The notes below the pieces were generated by a model. The model did not search any database. It was given only the letters and a program-made list of their open reading frames with translations, and was not told the DNA's origin. Below, piece after piece: positions 20,049 to 30,481 of a stretch of 35,187 bases of DNA. Every line of letters starts with the position of its first letter. Position 1 is the first letter of the stretch. Source of the stretch: Octopus bimaculoides (lineage: Eukaryota); the NCBI RefSeq assembly GCF_001194135.2, contig NC_068985.1:20767784-20802970 (forward strand), given 5' to 3'. Position numbers and translations under genes: made by a program.

Positions 20049-20670
20049 TATATATACATGTATACATACATAAAAATGTGTATACACACATATATATGTA
20101 TATATATGTGCGTATGTATACATGTGTGGATATGCATTTATATGTATGTATACATCACATGAAAAACAACATTCAAGTGAGGTCGTTGCCAGTGCCACTG
20201 GACTGGCTCCTGTGCAGGTGGCACATAAAAAACACCATTTGCGCATGGCTTTCGCCAATACTGCCTGACTGGCCCTCGTGCCAGTGGCACGTAAAAGCAC
20301 CCACTACACTCTTGAAGTAGTTGGCGTTAGGAAGGGCATCCAGCTGTAGAAACTCTGCCAGATCAGACTGGAGCCTGGTGCAGCCATCTGGCTCGCCAAT
20401 CCTCAGTCAAACCGTCCAACCCATGCCAGCATGGATAGCGGATGTTAAACGATGATGATAATGATGTGTGTGTGTGTGTGTGTGTGTATGCACACACACA
20501 CACACATACACAATGGTCTTCCTCAAAGATTTCCTCTACAGAGTTCACTCACAAGGCACTGGTTAGTCTCAGGTTTTTCTAGTAGACACTTGCCCAGGAT
20601 GTTATGCAGTGGGACTGAACTCAAAAAACCATGTAGTTGCTATGTGAGATTCTTAACCACTCAGCCATGC
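19803..20670 (-). mobile_element. Family A SINE split by an RTE insertion in its internal microsatellite
   Basis: 3' half at 19803-20000 and 5' half at 20510-20670, both minus strand and colinear. Confidence 0.8.
20156..20465 (+). mobile_element. RTE 3' UTR fragment with (GAT)n tail
   Basis: Matches 6270-6586. Confidence 0.9.
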
Positions 20671-20839
20671 TGGTCATGCATATTTCTCCACCTCTTCTGT
20701 ATTATTCCATGTGTGTGATCTAATTTATTTTAAGTCACTCTTTAATCTTCTTTTACTCGTGCTTTTTCAAGTGTTTCTGCATTCTTTATTTTCATAGCTT
20801 ATGTTTCCAGTGCCCTTTATTTTTCATTGTTCATAGTTA

Positions 20840-21242
20840 GGCACAGGAGTGGCTGTGTAGTAAGTAGCTTGCTTACCAACCACATGGTTCCAGGTTCAGT
20901 CCCACTGAACGGCACCTTGGGCAAGTGTCTTCTACTATAACCTCGGGCCGACCAAAGCCTTGTGAGTGGATTTGGTAGACAGAAACAGAAAGAAGCCCGT
21001 CATATATATGTATGCATGTTTGTGTGTCTGTGTTGCCCCCCCCCCCAAAACATCACTTGACAACCGATGCTGGTGTGTTTACGTCCCCTGTAACTTAGCA
21101 GTTCGGCAAAAAGAGACCGATAGAATAAGTACTAGGTTTACAAAGAATAAGTCCTGGAGTCGATTTGCTCGACTAAAAGCGGTGCTCCGGTATGGCCACA
21201 GTCAAATGACTGAAAAAGGTAGAAGAGTAAAAGAGTAAAGAG
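20840..21242 (+). mobile_element. Family A SINE, full length (reference copy)
   Basis: ggcacaggagtggctgtgtagtaag (A-box-like), ggttcagtccc (B-box-like), CORE-like ccttgggcaagtgtc, (TA/TG) insert, agagtaaaagagtaaagag tail. Confidence 0.93.
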
Positions 21243-21744
21243 TTCACTGACATTCTGTAACATGCAATAAGTACTCTTAATTTTTATATAAAAGAAAATA
21301 AAAAAAGATTGTATATTATTTTTCACTTGAAGAAATTCTATCACTGCTTCCATTCTCAGTGCTAATTGGGTCTACAAAATAGGTTTTCAAAATACTTGTA
21401 TAACTACAAAACAAGCTGTAGTTGAAATACAACATGTCTAAGACAATGAATACTATGAAAAATGTCTAGAAAATTTTTTGAATTCTATTTTTGTTCATGA
21501 AAATTACCCAGGGATCAAGTGAGATATATATATATTTTTCACAACTTATATCTTGTTTTCACTCAACCTTCCTTAATTGCATCTCAACAAACTAGTTTCT
21601 TGCCAAATAGGTATCTACCAAATTACTGAATCTTATCATTCACATCTCTTCACATTGCTGGCTCTGTCCCTTCAAACTACCAAATCAGCTCTTCATACAA
21701 GTCAACTAGCACACACTTGCTGACCATCTCAGGTTCACACATAT

Positions 21745-22140
21745 TCTTTTATTCTTTTACTTATTTCAGTCATTTGACTGTGGCCATGCTGGAGCACTGC
21801 CCTAAAGAGGTTTTAGTCAAAGAAATCAACTCCAAGACTTATTCTTTGTTAGCCTAGTACTTATTCTATCGGTCTATTTTGGTGAACTGCTAAGTTACAG
21901 GGATGTAAATACACCAACGTCGGTGGTGAAGCAATGGTGGGGGGCAAACAGACTCTCACACACACACGCATAACTACATACATACGACAGGCTTCTTTCA
22001 GTTTCCATCTACCAAATCTACTCATAAAGCTTTTGTTGGCCTGAGGCTATAGTAAAAGACACTTACCCAAGGTGCTCCGTGGTGGGACTGAACCCGGAAC
22101 CATGTGGTTGAGAAGCAAGCTTCTTACCATACAACCACGT
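21745..22140 (-). mobile_element. Family A SINE, full length
   Basis: Reverse complement colinear with 20840-21242. Confidence 0.92.
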
Positions 22141-22144
22141 TTTT

Positions 22145-22372
22145 TAATGTCCACTTTTTTATGCTTGAATGGATTAGGTGGAATTTGTTGAGACTGAGAT
22201 TTTCTATGGCCAGATTACTATCCTGTGGCCAATCCTCACCTCTTTCCAAGCAAAATAATATTTCCTCCATGGCCAAACATGATTTTCATTGACGACTGTA
22301 TGCAAATGACACTGTTTGTACAATGGTGACACTCATTTACAGCTACCACACAGTGGCTGTAAATGAAATGTT
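22145..22372 (-). mobile_element. RTE-like tail of the chimeric SINE type, abutting (CA)n
   Basis: Matches 18425-18686 and 26170-26398 (ttccaagcaa..taatatt, catgattttca...gactgta). Confidence 0.7.
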
Positions 22373-22387
22373 TACACACACACACAT

Positions 22388-22422
<35 letters not shown>

Positions 22423-22470
22423 CACACACACATGCATGCACATATGCAAACAGACATACATGCGCACATA
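22373..22470. repeat. (CA)n-rich microsatellite
   Basis: Direct inspection. Confidence 0.95.
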
Positions 22471-22609
22471 AGATATCCTTCCTTCTACTTATATAAAATG
22501 GAAACTTCTTATGATAGCATGAAATTGTAACATTATCACTAACTTCTTAGTCGTGACTAGCACAAGCAAAACTGGTCAACCGTATAAATATTTCATCTTG
22601 ATAATATAT

Positions 22610-22654
<45 letters not shown>

Positions 22655-22756
22655 GTCCAATATAAAATTTTTGTGAATTTTCCTTCTTTTTATATTTTTC
22701 TCTACAATTCACCACAAGGGAAAAATTTTTATCGAACATTTTCACTATATATATAA

Positions 22757-23367
22757 AAATGAGTAAAAATTCAAATGAATACACGTAAAGATGTTATTAT
22801 TATTATTATTATTATTATCAGCGGTAAATCTAAATAATTGATAATAGTAACAACAACAACATTAGTGGCAGCAAGCGATATTAGCATTAAACAGCTATAC
22901 AATAAATTCATAATTATATTAGAGGGTACACGATGCACCAGCATGCTAGAAAGTGGAAGTAAAAACTTCCAGCTTAACCACCAATCTCACTGAAAATATA
23001 CAACAGATCAACAGAAATCGGGCAAATTAGCAGAATCTAACACTATCTCAGCTAAAAAGCCATAGAATGAGGTAATGGATATACCTGGATCATGATTTCG
23101 AATTCTAACTAGTGCCTCAAATCTCTTCAGCAGGTCTTGCTATCTCTAAAATGAAAAATCCATCTCGCCTTGTTGTAATCCATTATGTCTTAAATAGTCT
23201 CACACCAAATTCAAAACAATTTCAGTGCATAGTATATATATATATATATATAAATGAGTAAATATTCAAATGAATAATCATAACGATGTTAGTATTATTA
23301 TTATCAGTGGCAAATCGAAATAATTGATTATAATAACAACAATAACATTAGTGTACCCTCTAATATA
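22757..23367 (-). mobile_element. Composite element with partial direct repeats and a 17-bp inverted junction around a hammerhead (Penelope pLTR-like)
   Basis: Direct repeat 22757-22867 and 23252-23353; tatattagagggtacac (22915-22931) is inverted at 23351-23367; (TA)n at the boundaries. Confidence 0.65.
23083..23135 (-). ncRNA. Type I hammerhead ribozyme-like motif with a fully canonical core (predicted cleavage after AUC, between 23088 and 23087)
   Basis: Minus strand: accug-CUGAAGA-gauuu[gaggcacuaguuag]aauuc-GAAA-ucauga-UC-caggu. Helix I 5 bp, helix II G10.1-C11.1 with 4 of 5 pairs, helix III palindrome AUCAUGAU. Confidence 0.8.
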
Positions 23368-23371
23368 TATA

Positions 23372-23735
23372 CTGGCCCATTTAGGAGTACCCTTCAATTT
23401 TCGGTCAATATGCTGTGGTTGAGAAGACTTGTTGAGTCAAGTAAAATGTTGTTGTGGCCTATGCCAGTGCCGCCTGACTGGCTCCAGTGCCAGTGGCATG
23501 TAAAAAAACACCATTCGAGCATGGTCAATGCCAGTATTGTATGACTGGCTCTCATGCCAGTGGCACATAAAAAGCACCCACTACACTCAGGGTGGTTGGC
23601 GTTAGGAAGGGCATTCAGCTGTAGAAACCTTGCCAGAGCAGATTGGAGCCTGGTGCAGCCTCCTGGCTTGGGAGTCCTCAGTCAAACCGTCCAACCCATG
23701 CCAGCATGGAAAGTGGATGTTAAACGATGATAATA
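23372..23735 (+). mobile_element. RTE 3' UTR fragment inserted in (TA)n
   Basis: Colinear with 6145-6586; TA runs on both sides. Confidence 0.9.
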
Positions 23736-23739
23736 ATGG

Positions 23740-23773
<34 letters not shown>

Positions 23774-24309
23774 CCCTCTGACTATATAGACAGACAGACA
23801 GAGGGGAAAATTTGGTAACTGAGGCAAAATGAATAAATTTCTGACATTATTTTCTCCCTACTTGTTTGAAATCATTATATTGTGAGTATTACATTATCAT
23901 TTTGTACTGTTGCATCCACTTTGGAAGTAAAAATTGGTTAGCGTAGCTGTTTTGTTGACATTAAGAGAATATGAAACATAGTCAGATGTCAGGCACTTTT
24001 CATCTAGAAATTTGGCCACAACTTTGATCTGATTGTTATTGAGGTTGCTAATAAAATATCTGGATTATTTCTGGTGTTTAACAATCAATATTCTTTTCTC
24101 TGTTGGATTCCAAGTCAATCTTTTCCCACACTAATGTATAATTTGATAATTTTCAATTTTCATAAAATAATGTCTTAAAGGGAACACAATGAGTAATGAC
24201 TAATTTCTATAATTTCTTCCTTTGACTGTTTGGTGCATAAATATATCAGTAAGAGAGCCACTGCAGCAGATCATGAAGAAGCTATACAGAATAATTTATG
24301 TTGAGTTTT

Positions 24310-24443
24310 TAGATTTAGTTATAATTTGATTGTATATTCTTAGAATAACATTGTATGGTAGGCGTAAGAGGCCAGATCTAGTTGATTTTAGTATAAAACA
24401 GGTACAATATTTGGGCCAGATTTGGCAGGTTTAAATGCTAAAG
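24310..24443 (+). mobile_element. Right part of the same MITE-like family as 9167-9345
   Basis: aacattgtatggtaggcgtaagaggccagatct... ends ttaaatgctaaag, where the next SINE begins. Confidence 0.55.
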
Positions 24444-25052
24444 ACCCTTCCCTGGTCATATTGACTTTCAGGGCCAGTTTTCTGGTTTTTGTGGTTCATG
24501 TATTTATCCTCTGGATGGGATGCTAGTCCATTGCAGGATTACTCATTTTCACCAGCTGAGTGAACTGGAGCAACGTGAAATGAAGTGTTTTGCTCAAGAA
24601 CACAGTGCATTACCCAGTCCAGGTGAAAGCACATGGCTCAGTGATTAGAGCATCAAGCTTATGATCATGAGGTTGTGAGTTCGATTCCCAGGCTGGATTG
24701 TGTGTTGTGTTCTTGATCAAGACACTTTATTTCATGTTGCTCCAGTTTACTTAGCTGTAGAAATGAGTTGCGGCATCATTGGTGCCAAACTATATCGGCC
24801 TTTGCCTTTCCCTTGGATACCATCAGTGGTGTGGAGAGGAAAGGTTGATATGCATGGACAACTGCTGGTCTTCCACAAAACAACCTTGCTCAGACTTGTG
24901 CCTAAGAGGGGAACTTTCTAGGTGCAATCCCATGGTCATTTGTAGCTGAAGGGGTCTTTACCCCTTTACTCCTTTTACCCAGTCCAGGAATTGAAGCCAC
25001 AATCTTATGATCATGAGAAAAACATCCTAACCTCTTGGTCATGTGCCTCCAC
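24444..25052 (-). mobile_element. tRNA-derived SINE (host) interrupted by a nested SINE
   Basis: Removing 24624-24988 rejoins gtggaggcacatgacc...ttcaattcctggactgggtaa...gtgttcttgagcaaaacacttcatttc, the same family as 26952-27145. Confidence 0.85.
24624..24974 (+). mobile_element. Nested tRNA-derived SINE with 14-bp TSD
   Basis: cacatggctcagtgattagagc...gagttcgattccc head. TSD ttacccagtccagg at 24610-24623 and 24975-24988. Confidence 0.9.
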
Positions 25053-25799
25053 AAATACCAAAGCATTAAGCACAAATGAGCTAAGAAAAACAACTCCAAG
25101 TGGCATGCTTGATTTCCTAATTCAAACCAAAAATACATTATCCCTTTTGATGAATTACTGTTAACTCCGCAGCTCTGATGCACCTATTGACTTTTCATAT
25201 TGAAGCTCATAAAAATATTTAAAATTTCTTCACAAAAGTTTTCTCCTACCCTAATCCATATATTGGACTGTTATTTTCTCTTTGCTTTTCTATCACTAGT
25301 ACAACAGCTGTTGTTCTACTGATCGTATTAATCCTGTTCCACTTACAATTAAACTCCCTTGATATACTTACAAGCCATCTGTTATCTTTGCTGAATCATG
25401 TTCCCAAAATCTACAACTAAGCACCTACGCACACCTTATTTCTTTCCTAAAGTGATATGACTTCAACTACTAATATGTAGCAGTTCAGCTTAATTTTTAT
25501 TTCTTTTATACTTAATTTTATATCACAATATGTGAATAGTAAGCATCATCAGTTGCCAGTTTCCAGTGGGCCAACCTCTGGTTCACTGTGTTTCTGATAA
25601 TGAAAATAATAAGAAAGTGTTTGTAACTCCATGTGTAGAATTGATATCCCTAAGGATTTCATTCATGAATCACCATTTTTCATTTTTATTTTATTGCCAA
25701 TGTTTATATCTCTTACAATCGTGCATTAACAAATGATATCTAAATATACTCACACACACATGCACGCACGCACACACACACACACATGCAAAGAATAAG

Positions 25800-25963
25800 C
25801 TTCAGCATAGTTTTGTTTTTTGTCTAATAAATTTCACTCACAGATACTCATCAACCTAAAATTATGATGGAAGAAACTTGCCCAAGGTGGCTGTGCAGTG
25901 GAATCGAACTAAGAACTACAGGGTTGCCAAGAAAACTTCTTAACCACATGGCCATAAGTGCAC
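25800..25963 (-). mobile_element. Family A-like SINE head, very degenerate
   Basis: aaatttcactcacag...gaagaaacttgcccaaggtgg..gtgcagtggaatcgaac...cttcttaaccacatggccat. Confidence 0.7.
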
Positions 25964-26169
25964 CTCTAATACTCATTTCAATATTGATGTTTTTTTGTAA
26001 TAAGCCAGTCTAAGAAAGTGGAGCACTCACCATGACCCCAGCTGATACTCTCAGTTAGACAATCAGCCAAGGGTTCAATAATCCATGTCCTGTTACCAGC
26101 AAACCAACAATGCATGTTATGTCATTGATCACATCAATGTATCTCTGTGGAAGTACTATCAGTCATCTT

Positions 26170-26572
26170 CACTGTGATTTTTAATGTCCTTTCTTCCATG
26201 CTTTCGATGGAATTTATTGTGGCAGATTTCCTACAGGTAGATGCCCTTCCTGTTGCCAACCCTCTCCTGTTACCAAGCAAGGTAATATTTCACCTTGGCT
26301 AGTCATGATTTTCATGGAAGACTGTAAACAAACAACATCGCCTACATGATAGTGATGCTCACTTACAACTATCTTGTGATGTCAGGAAAAGGGTACACTT
26401 ACACACACACACACACACCCATATACGCAACAGGTTTCTTTCAGTTTCTGTCTTACAAGGTTTTGTGTAGTCTGAGACTATAGTAGAAGACACTTGTCTA
26501 AGGTGCCATGCTTGGGACTGAACCCAAATCCCCAATGTTTGGGGAAACAAACTTCTTAAACACACAGCCACG
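26170..26572 (-). mobile_element. Chimeric SINE: family A head, (CA)n and RTE-like tail (uninterrupted)
   Basis: Head 26572-26420, (CA)n 26400-26418, tail 26398-26170 including gatgcccttcctgttgccaacc. Confidence 0.75.
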
Positions 26573-26951
26573 TTTTCACCTATGTAAACAACAAATTCTT
26601 TCATTAGCTGAATTCATTTCATCCCACAGGAAACTTACCTGCTGTCGTCTGATATCCTATTCTCTAACTTATCTACAAAGCCACATACATCACATACACC
26701 ATATGATTTAGAAAGGATTAGCATTAACTTCAATAGCTATCCACTATCCAGGTTCTGCAGTCTAGGAGAGCTTAAAAGCCTATAAAGCACTCTGTCTGCC
26801 AACCAACAAATAAAAAGACTCACTGAGAAAATCCAGCTATATTGTTGTTGTCTACAAGTTACCTTATGTCGTCTTCTTTTATAAATATATCATCCTTTTT
26901 ATGAATGTTTTCCCTTACTTCTCCTTCTGTCTTACACTCCTGTCTCTTTCA

Positions 26952-27145
26952 GTGGTGGCACATGGCTTAGTGGTTAGGGTGTTCGACTCATGATCGTAAG
27001 ATTGTGATTTGGATTCCTGGACAAGGTGACGTGTTGTATTCTTGAGCAAAACACTTCATTTAACCTTGTTCCAGTCCACTCAGCTCACAAAAATTAATAA
27101 TCTTGTGATGAACTGGTGTTCCATGCAGGTGGGGAATATATGAAG
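26952..27145 (+). mobile_element. tRNA-derived SINE (family of the 24444-25052 host)
   Basis: gtggtggcacatggcttagtggttagggtg...gtattcttgagcaaaacacttcattt...ccagtccactcagct. Confidence 0.85.
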
Positions 27146-28050
27146 AGCTTACTTTTAGAATCAGATATATGCATCAGAATGACTTTTGAGTAATTGTTTA
27201 AAACAATATATTCAACAATTGAATATATCTGATTTTGATTGGAAGACTAAGACTCGTTTATGCTCTATATGGCACCTATCCCAGTTTGACTGAAAAAAAT
27301 TTCACATGTGCAAAACCAGCAGCTTGCAGATTGTGTTATAATGGTTATCATTAAATTGACCAAATATGCACTTTTACTAGTTTTGAATGTAAGCTCCTCA
27401 TATATGCCATGAAACTGGGGAACCAGCCCTTATGAGTTAGTATGACTTGAGAAGGTAACTTCACCTTTATTTTTACTTGTCTCTTTCTATCACACTTCTG
27501 GTAGATGGCATAGTCCAGTATGTCTTGACGTTGTTAAGTTATAAATTTGATATGACAGCAGTCAAACTGATAATTGATAGAAATATTAGAATTGATTTTT
27601 ACCAGAGAGAGTTTAGCGCCGAAAGTTTTATTGTTCAAATCTTATGTGGTTTCACTTAGGTTTCTCAGTTATCTAAAATTAATATGATGAATAACAAATA
27701 AACTAAAAATGTGGAAAGGAAATCGGTTTCAGATTGAAATATTATTTAAGTAGCTACCCAAATAACTTCTTTATTTCAGATAAATATCTTATCTTGGTGA
27801 GAATGTCTCATATCTACATAATATTATGGAAACTTAGCTAAAATCTGCAAGACTATGCCTAAGAATGATTTAACAGGTAAAAAGAAAATGTAAGCAATAA
27901 TAATGTGATTAGAACAAACCGGAATCGGATAAACAGATTAACTGATATCTTATTATAGGGAACGCTCTAATATGATATTATGTTTATGTATTTGTTTCGA
28001 AATATTCCTGTGAAATCATGTGTCGAAATGGATATTGTTATACTTAGGGA

Positions 28051-28251
28051 TTCGTTTATTTGTTCCAGTCATTTGACTGCGGCCATGCTGGAGCACCACC
28101 TTTAGTTAAACAAATAGACCTCAGGACTTATTCTTTGTAAGCCTAGTACTTATTCTATCGGTCTCTTTTGCCAAACCGCTAAATTACAGGGACATAAACA
28201 CACCAACATCAGTTGTCAAATGATGGTAGAGCTACAAACACAGAAACACAA

Positions 28252-28284
<33 letters not shown>

Positions 28285-28467
28285 CGATGTATATATATAT
28301 ATATATATATATGACAGGCTTCTTTCAGTTTCCATCTACCAAATCCACTCACAAGGCTTTGATCAGCCTGAGGTTATAATAGAAGACACGCACAAGGTGC
28401 CATATAGTGGGACTGAACCCAGAACCATGTGGTTGGGAAGCAAGCTCCTTACCACAGCCACTTCTGG
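28051..28467 (-). mobile_element. Family A SINE, full length, expanded internal (CA)/(TA)
   Basis: Reverse complement colinear with 20840-21242. Confidence 0.92.
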
Positions 28468-28587
28468 TTATATTTTGCCAGTTAAACACACATACACTAT
28501 ACATTTGGTCCTCACTTCAGCTTTATTATTCTTATTTTGGTGTCCTCTGTCTGAAATCTTTCATCACACATTCTGTGGCCTCATCAG

Positions 28588-28658
28588 CAACTCTTTATCC
28601 CACATGTCTCCTCTTGTTTTGTTTATTCCAAAGGGGAGACACATAGGATAGAGAGTTG
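28588..28658. repeat. 28-bp imperfect hairpin, 15-nt loop
   Basis: caactctttatcccacatgtctcctctt pairs with aaggggagacacataggatagagagttg; 5 mismatches, all transitions. Confidence 0.8.
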
Positions 28659-28830
28659 ATACAGAAGTCACTACGTTGAATGGAACATAATGGTAGAGAT
28701 GTTTACATTGTCTGCTGACAATATGACTGGTTATTCTGCACCTTCTGCACCTTGGAAGAACATATGGCCATATAATCCTTGCTCAGAACCAATTCCTGTC
28801 CAAGCCATGCTAGCAGGAAAAATGAACATT

Positions 28831-29047
28831 CTTTTCTACTCTAGGCACAAGGCTCGAAATTTGGGGGGAGGGGGCTAATCAATTAGATCAACCCTAGTAC
28901 ACAACTGGTACTTAATTTATCAACCCTGAAAGGATGAAAGGCAAAGTCAAGCTCGGCTGAATTTGAACTCAGAACGTAAAGACAGACGAAATATAGATAA
29001 GCATTTTGCCCAGCATGTTAACGTTTCTGCCAGCTCGTCATCTTCAG
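28831..29047 (-). mobile_element. Family B SINE with 15-bp TSD, inserted in a degenerate RTE-type tail
   Basis: TSD ggaaaaatgaacatt at 28816-28830 and 29048-29062; the tail matches trimer unit 3. Confidence 0.9.
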
Positions 29048-29254
29048 GGAAAATGAACATTAAACAAGGTAACAAGTAAATGATGAATCAGTTTTGCAGT
29101 TTAGACGCTCATGTATCCTTAGTCTCATTCACTTTTTGTCTTACTTGACTGACAAAAAATTAGCCAGATTGATAGAGTAATGTGATGGAATCCATAAAAT
29201 ATTAAAATGAGGCAGGATTTTTTATTATGTAGATGAAACAATCCAAATAACAAG

Positions 29255-29536
29255 CAATCTTGCTTGACTTGGTAGAAATAGCAGTCAAATCTTCATCAAA
29301 TTACATCTCAACAGCTTAAATAATGAAAGTCACATTCAATAATGTAATCGCATCTGTGTGTTTGTGTGTTTATGTGTGAGTGCATGTGTGTGTGTGTGTG
29401 TGTGTGTGTATGCATGCGCACATGCACATGCATACATGTGTGCATGTCTGTGTTTGTGTTTATGTGTGAGTGTGTGTGCATGTGTGTGTTATTTATCCAA
29501 TGTAACTTCTCTTACATTAAGATGGCAAAATGTGAA

Positions 29537-29579
<43 letters not shown>

Positions 29580-29675
29580 CTGAAAAAGAAGCTGGGATGA
29601 AAATGGCTATCATGGCCATTGATCACCATTGATCTGCTCAGTGAAGGTTGACCTGGCTTGAAACAACAACAAACT
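29255..29675 (+). mobile_element. Unclassified short element with internal (TG)/(TA) microsatellite and (AAC)n-like tail
   Basis: aatagcagtcaaatc...ttgacctggcttgaaacaacaac resembles 34550-34710 (atatagcagttaaattt...ctaacttgaggctaaacaac). Confidence 0.5.
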
Positions 29676-30481
29676 ATTGATAAAATGTAATGCCTTTATT
29701 TATCTTCTGAGTTTCTTGTTCTTTGTTTAGGAATTAATATTCTCATTTAGTTATAAAGTTTTATTGCTTCCCTTGGGCTTGGCTTGAATTGGTAGAAATG
29801 TAACTGCAAATCACTGATTGTATTCTCTGTTTGAAGCTACGTTCATGAGAATTTTGCCTAATTATTTCTTGTTCTATCCCTACTATGCAGCTGATTTCAG
29901 TATTGATCCCTTTTATTTCCCTATGTGTGCATGTGTTGTTGTTGTTTTTTTTGGGGGGGTTTTCTATCATTTTCGTCTGTTTTGCAAGGCCTTCAACCAT
30001 GTTACAATGACATATTACTTGGAACTTTGAAAATGATTGAAGACAAATCTCTGTTGATTTTTCAACCAAACTAGCCTTGATATTAGAGTAAAGGGCCCAC
30101 TAGACAGTAAAATATAACACACAAATGAATGGTTTCTCAATATAGGATCAATAGAACAAAACAGGGAAGTGAACAAACTGACAGAAAGAATTCGAATTAA
30201 AGGATTGCTACTAAAGCTAAATGATTAGTGATGGAATGTTCTAGCAGTCGAATGTTCTCTGCAGAAAGAGCAACTAGAGAGTTCAGGAGGCATGTAATGT
30301 GTTTGAAAACTTAATTAATATTTGCAGGCTATAGAATGTTAATGACATCAAAGTAATTATAATAATAAAATTTCGTGTTACATCAAAGCTCAGTAGCTGA
30401 TTGTTTTTATAGATTTGCTATTTGCCATGACATAATCTTAGATCATTTCAATGCAACTGTTTTATCAAGTATTGTTTAACA

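Noticed and set aside
29975-30075. Exon-like segment after a pyrimidine tract (GLQPCYNDILLGTLK...)
   Set aside because: The acceptor is a weak AAG, an in-frame stop comes before any donor, and I recognise no homology.
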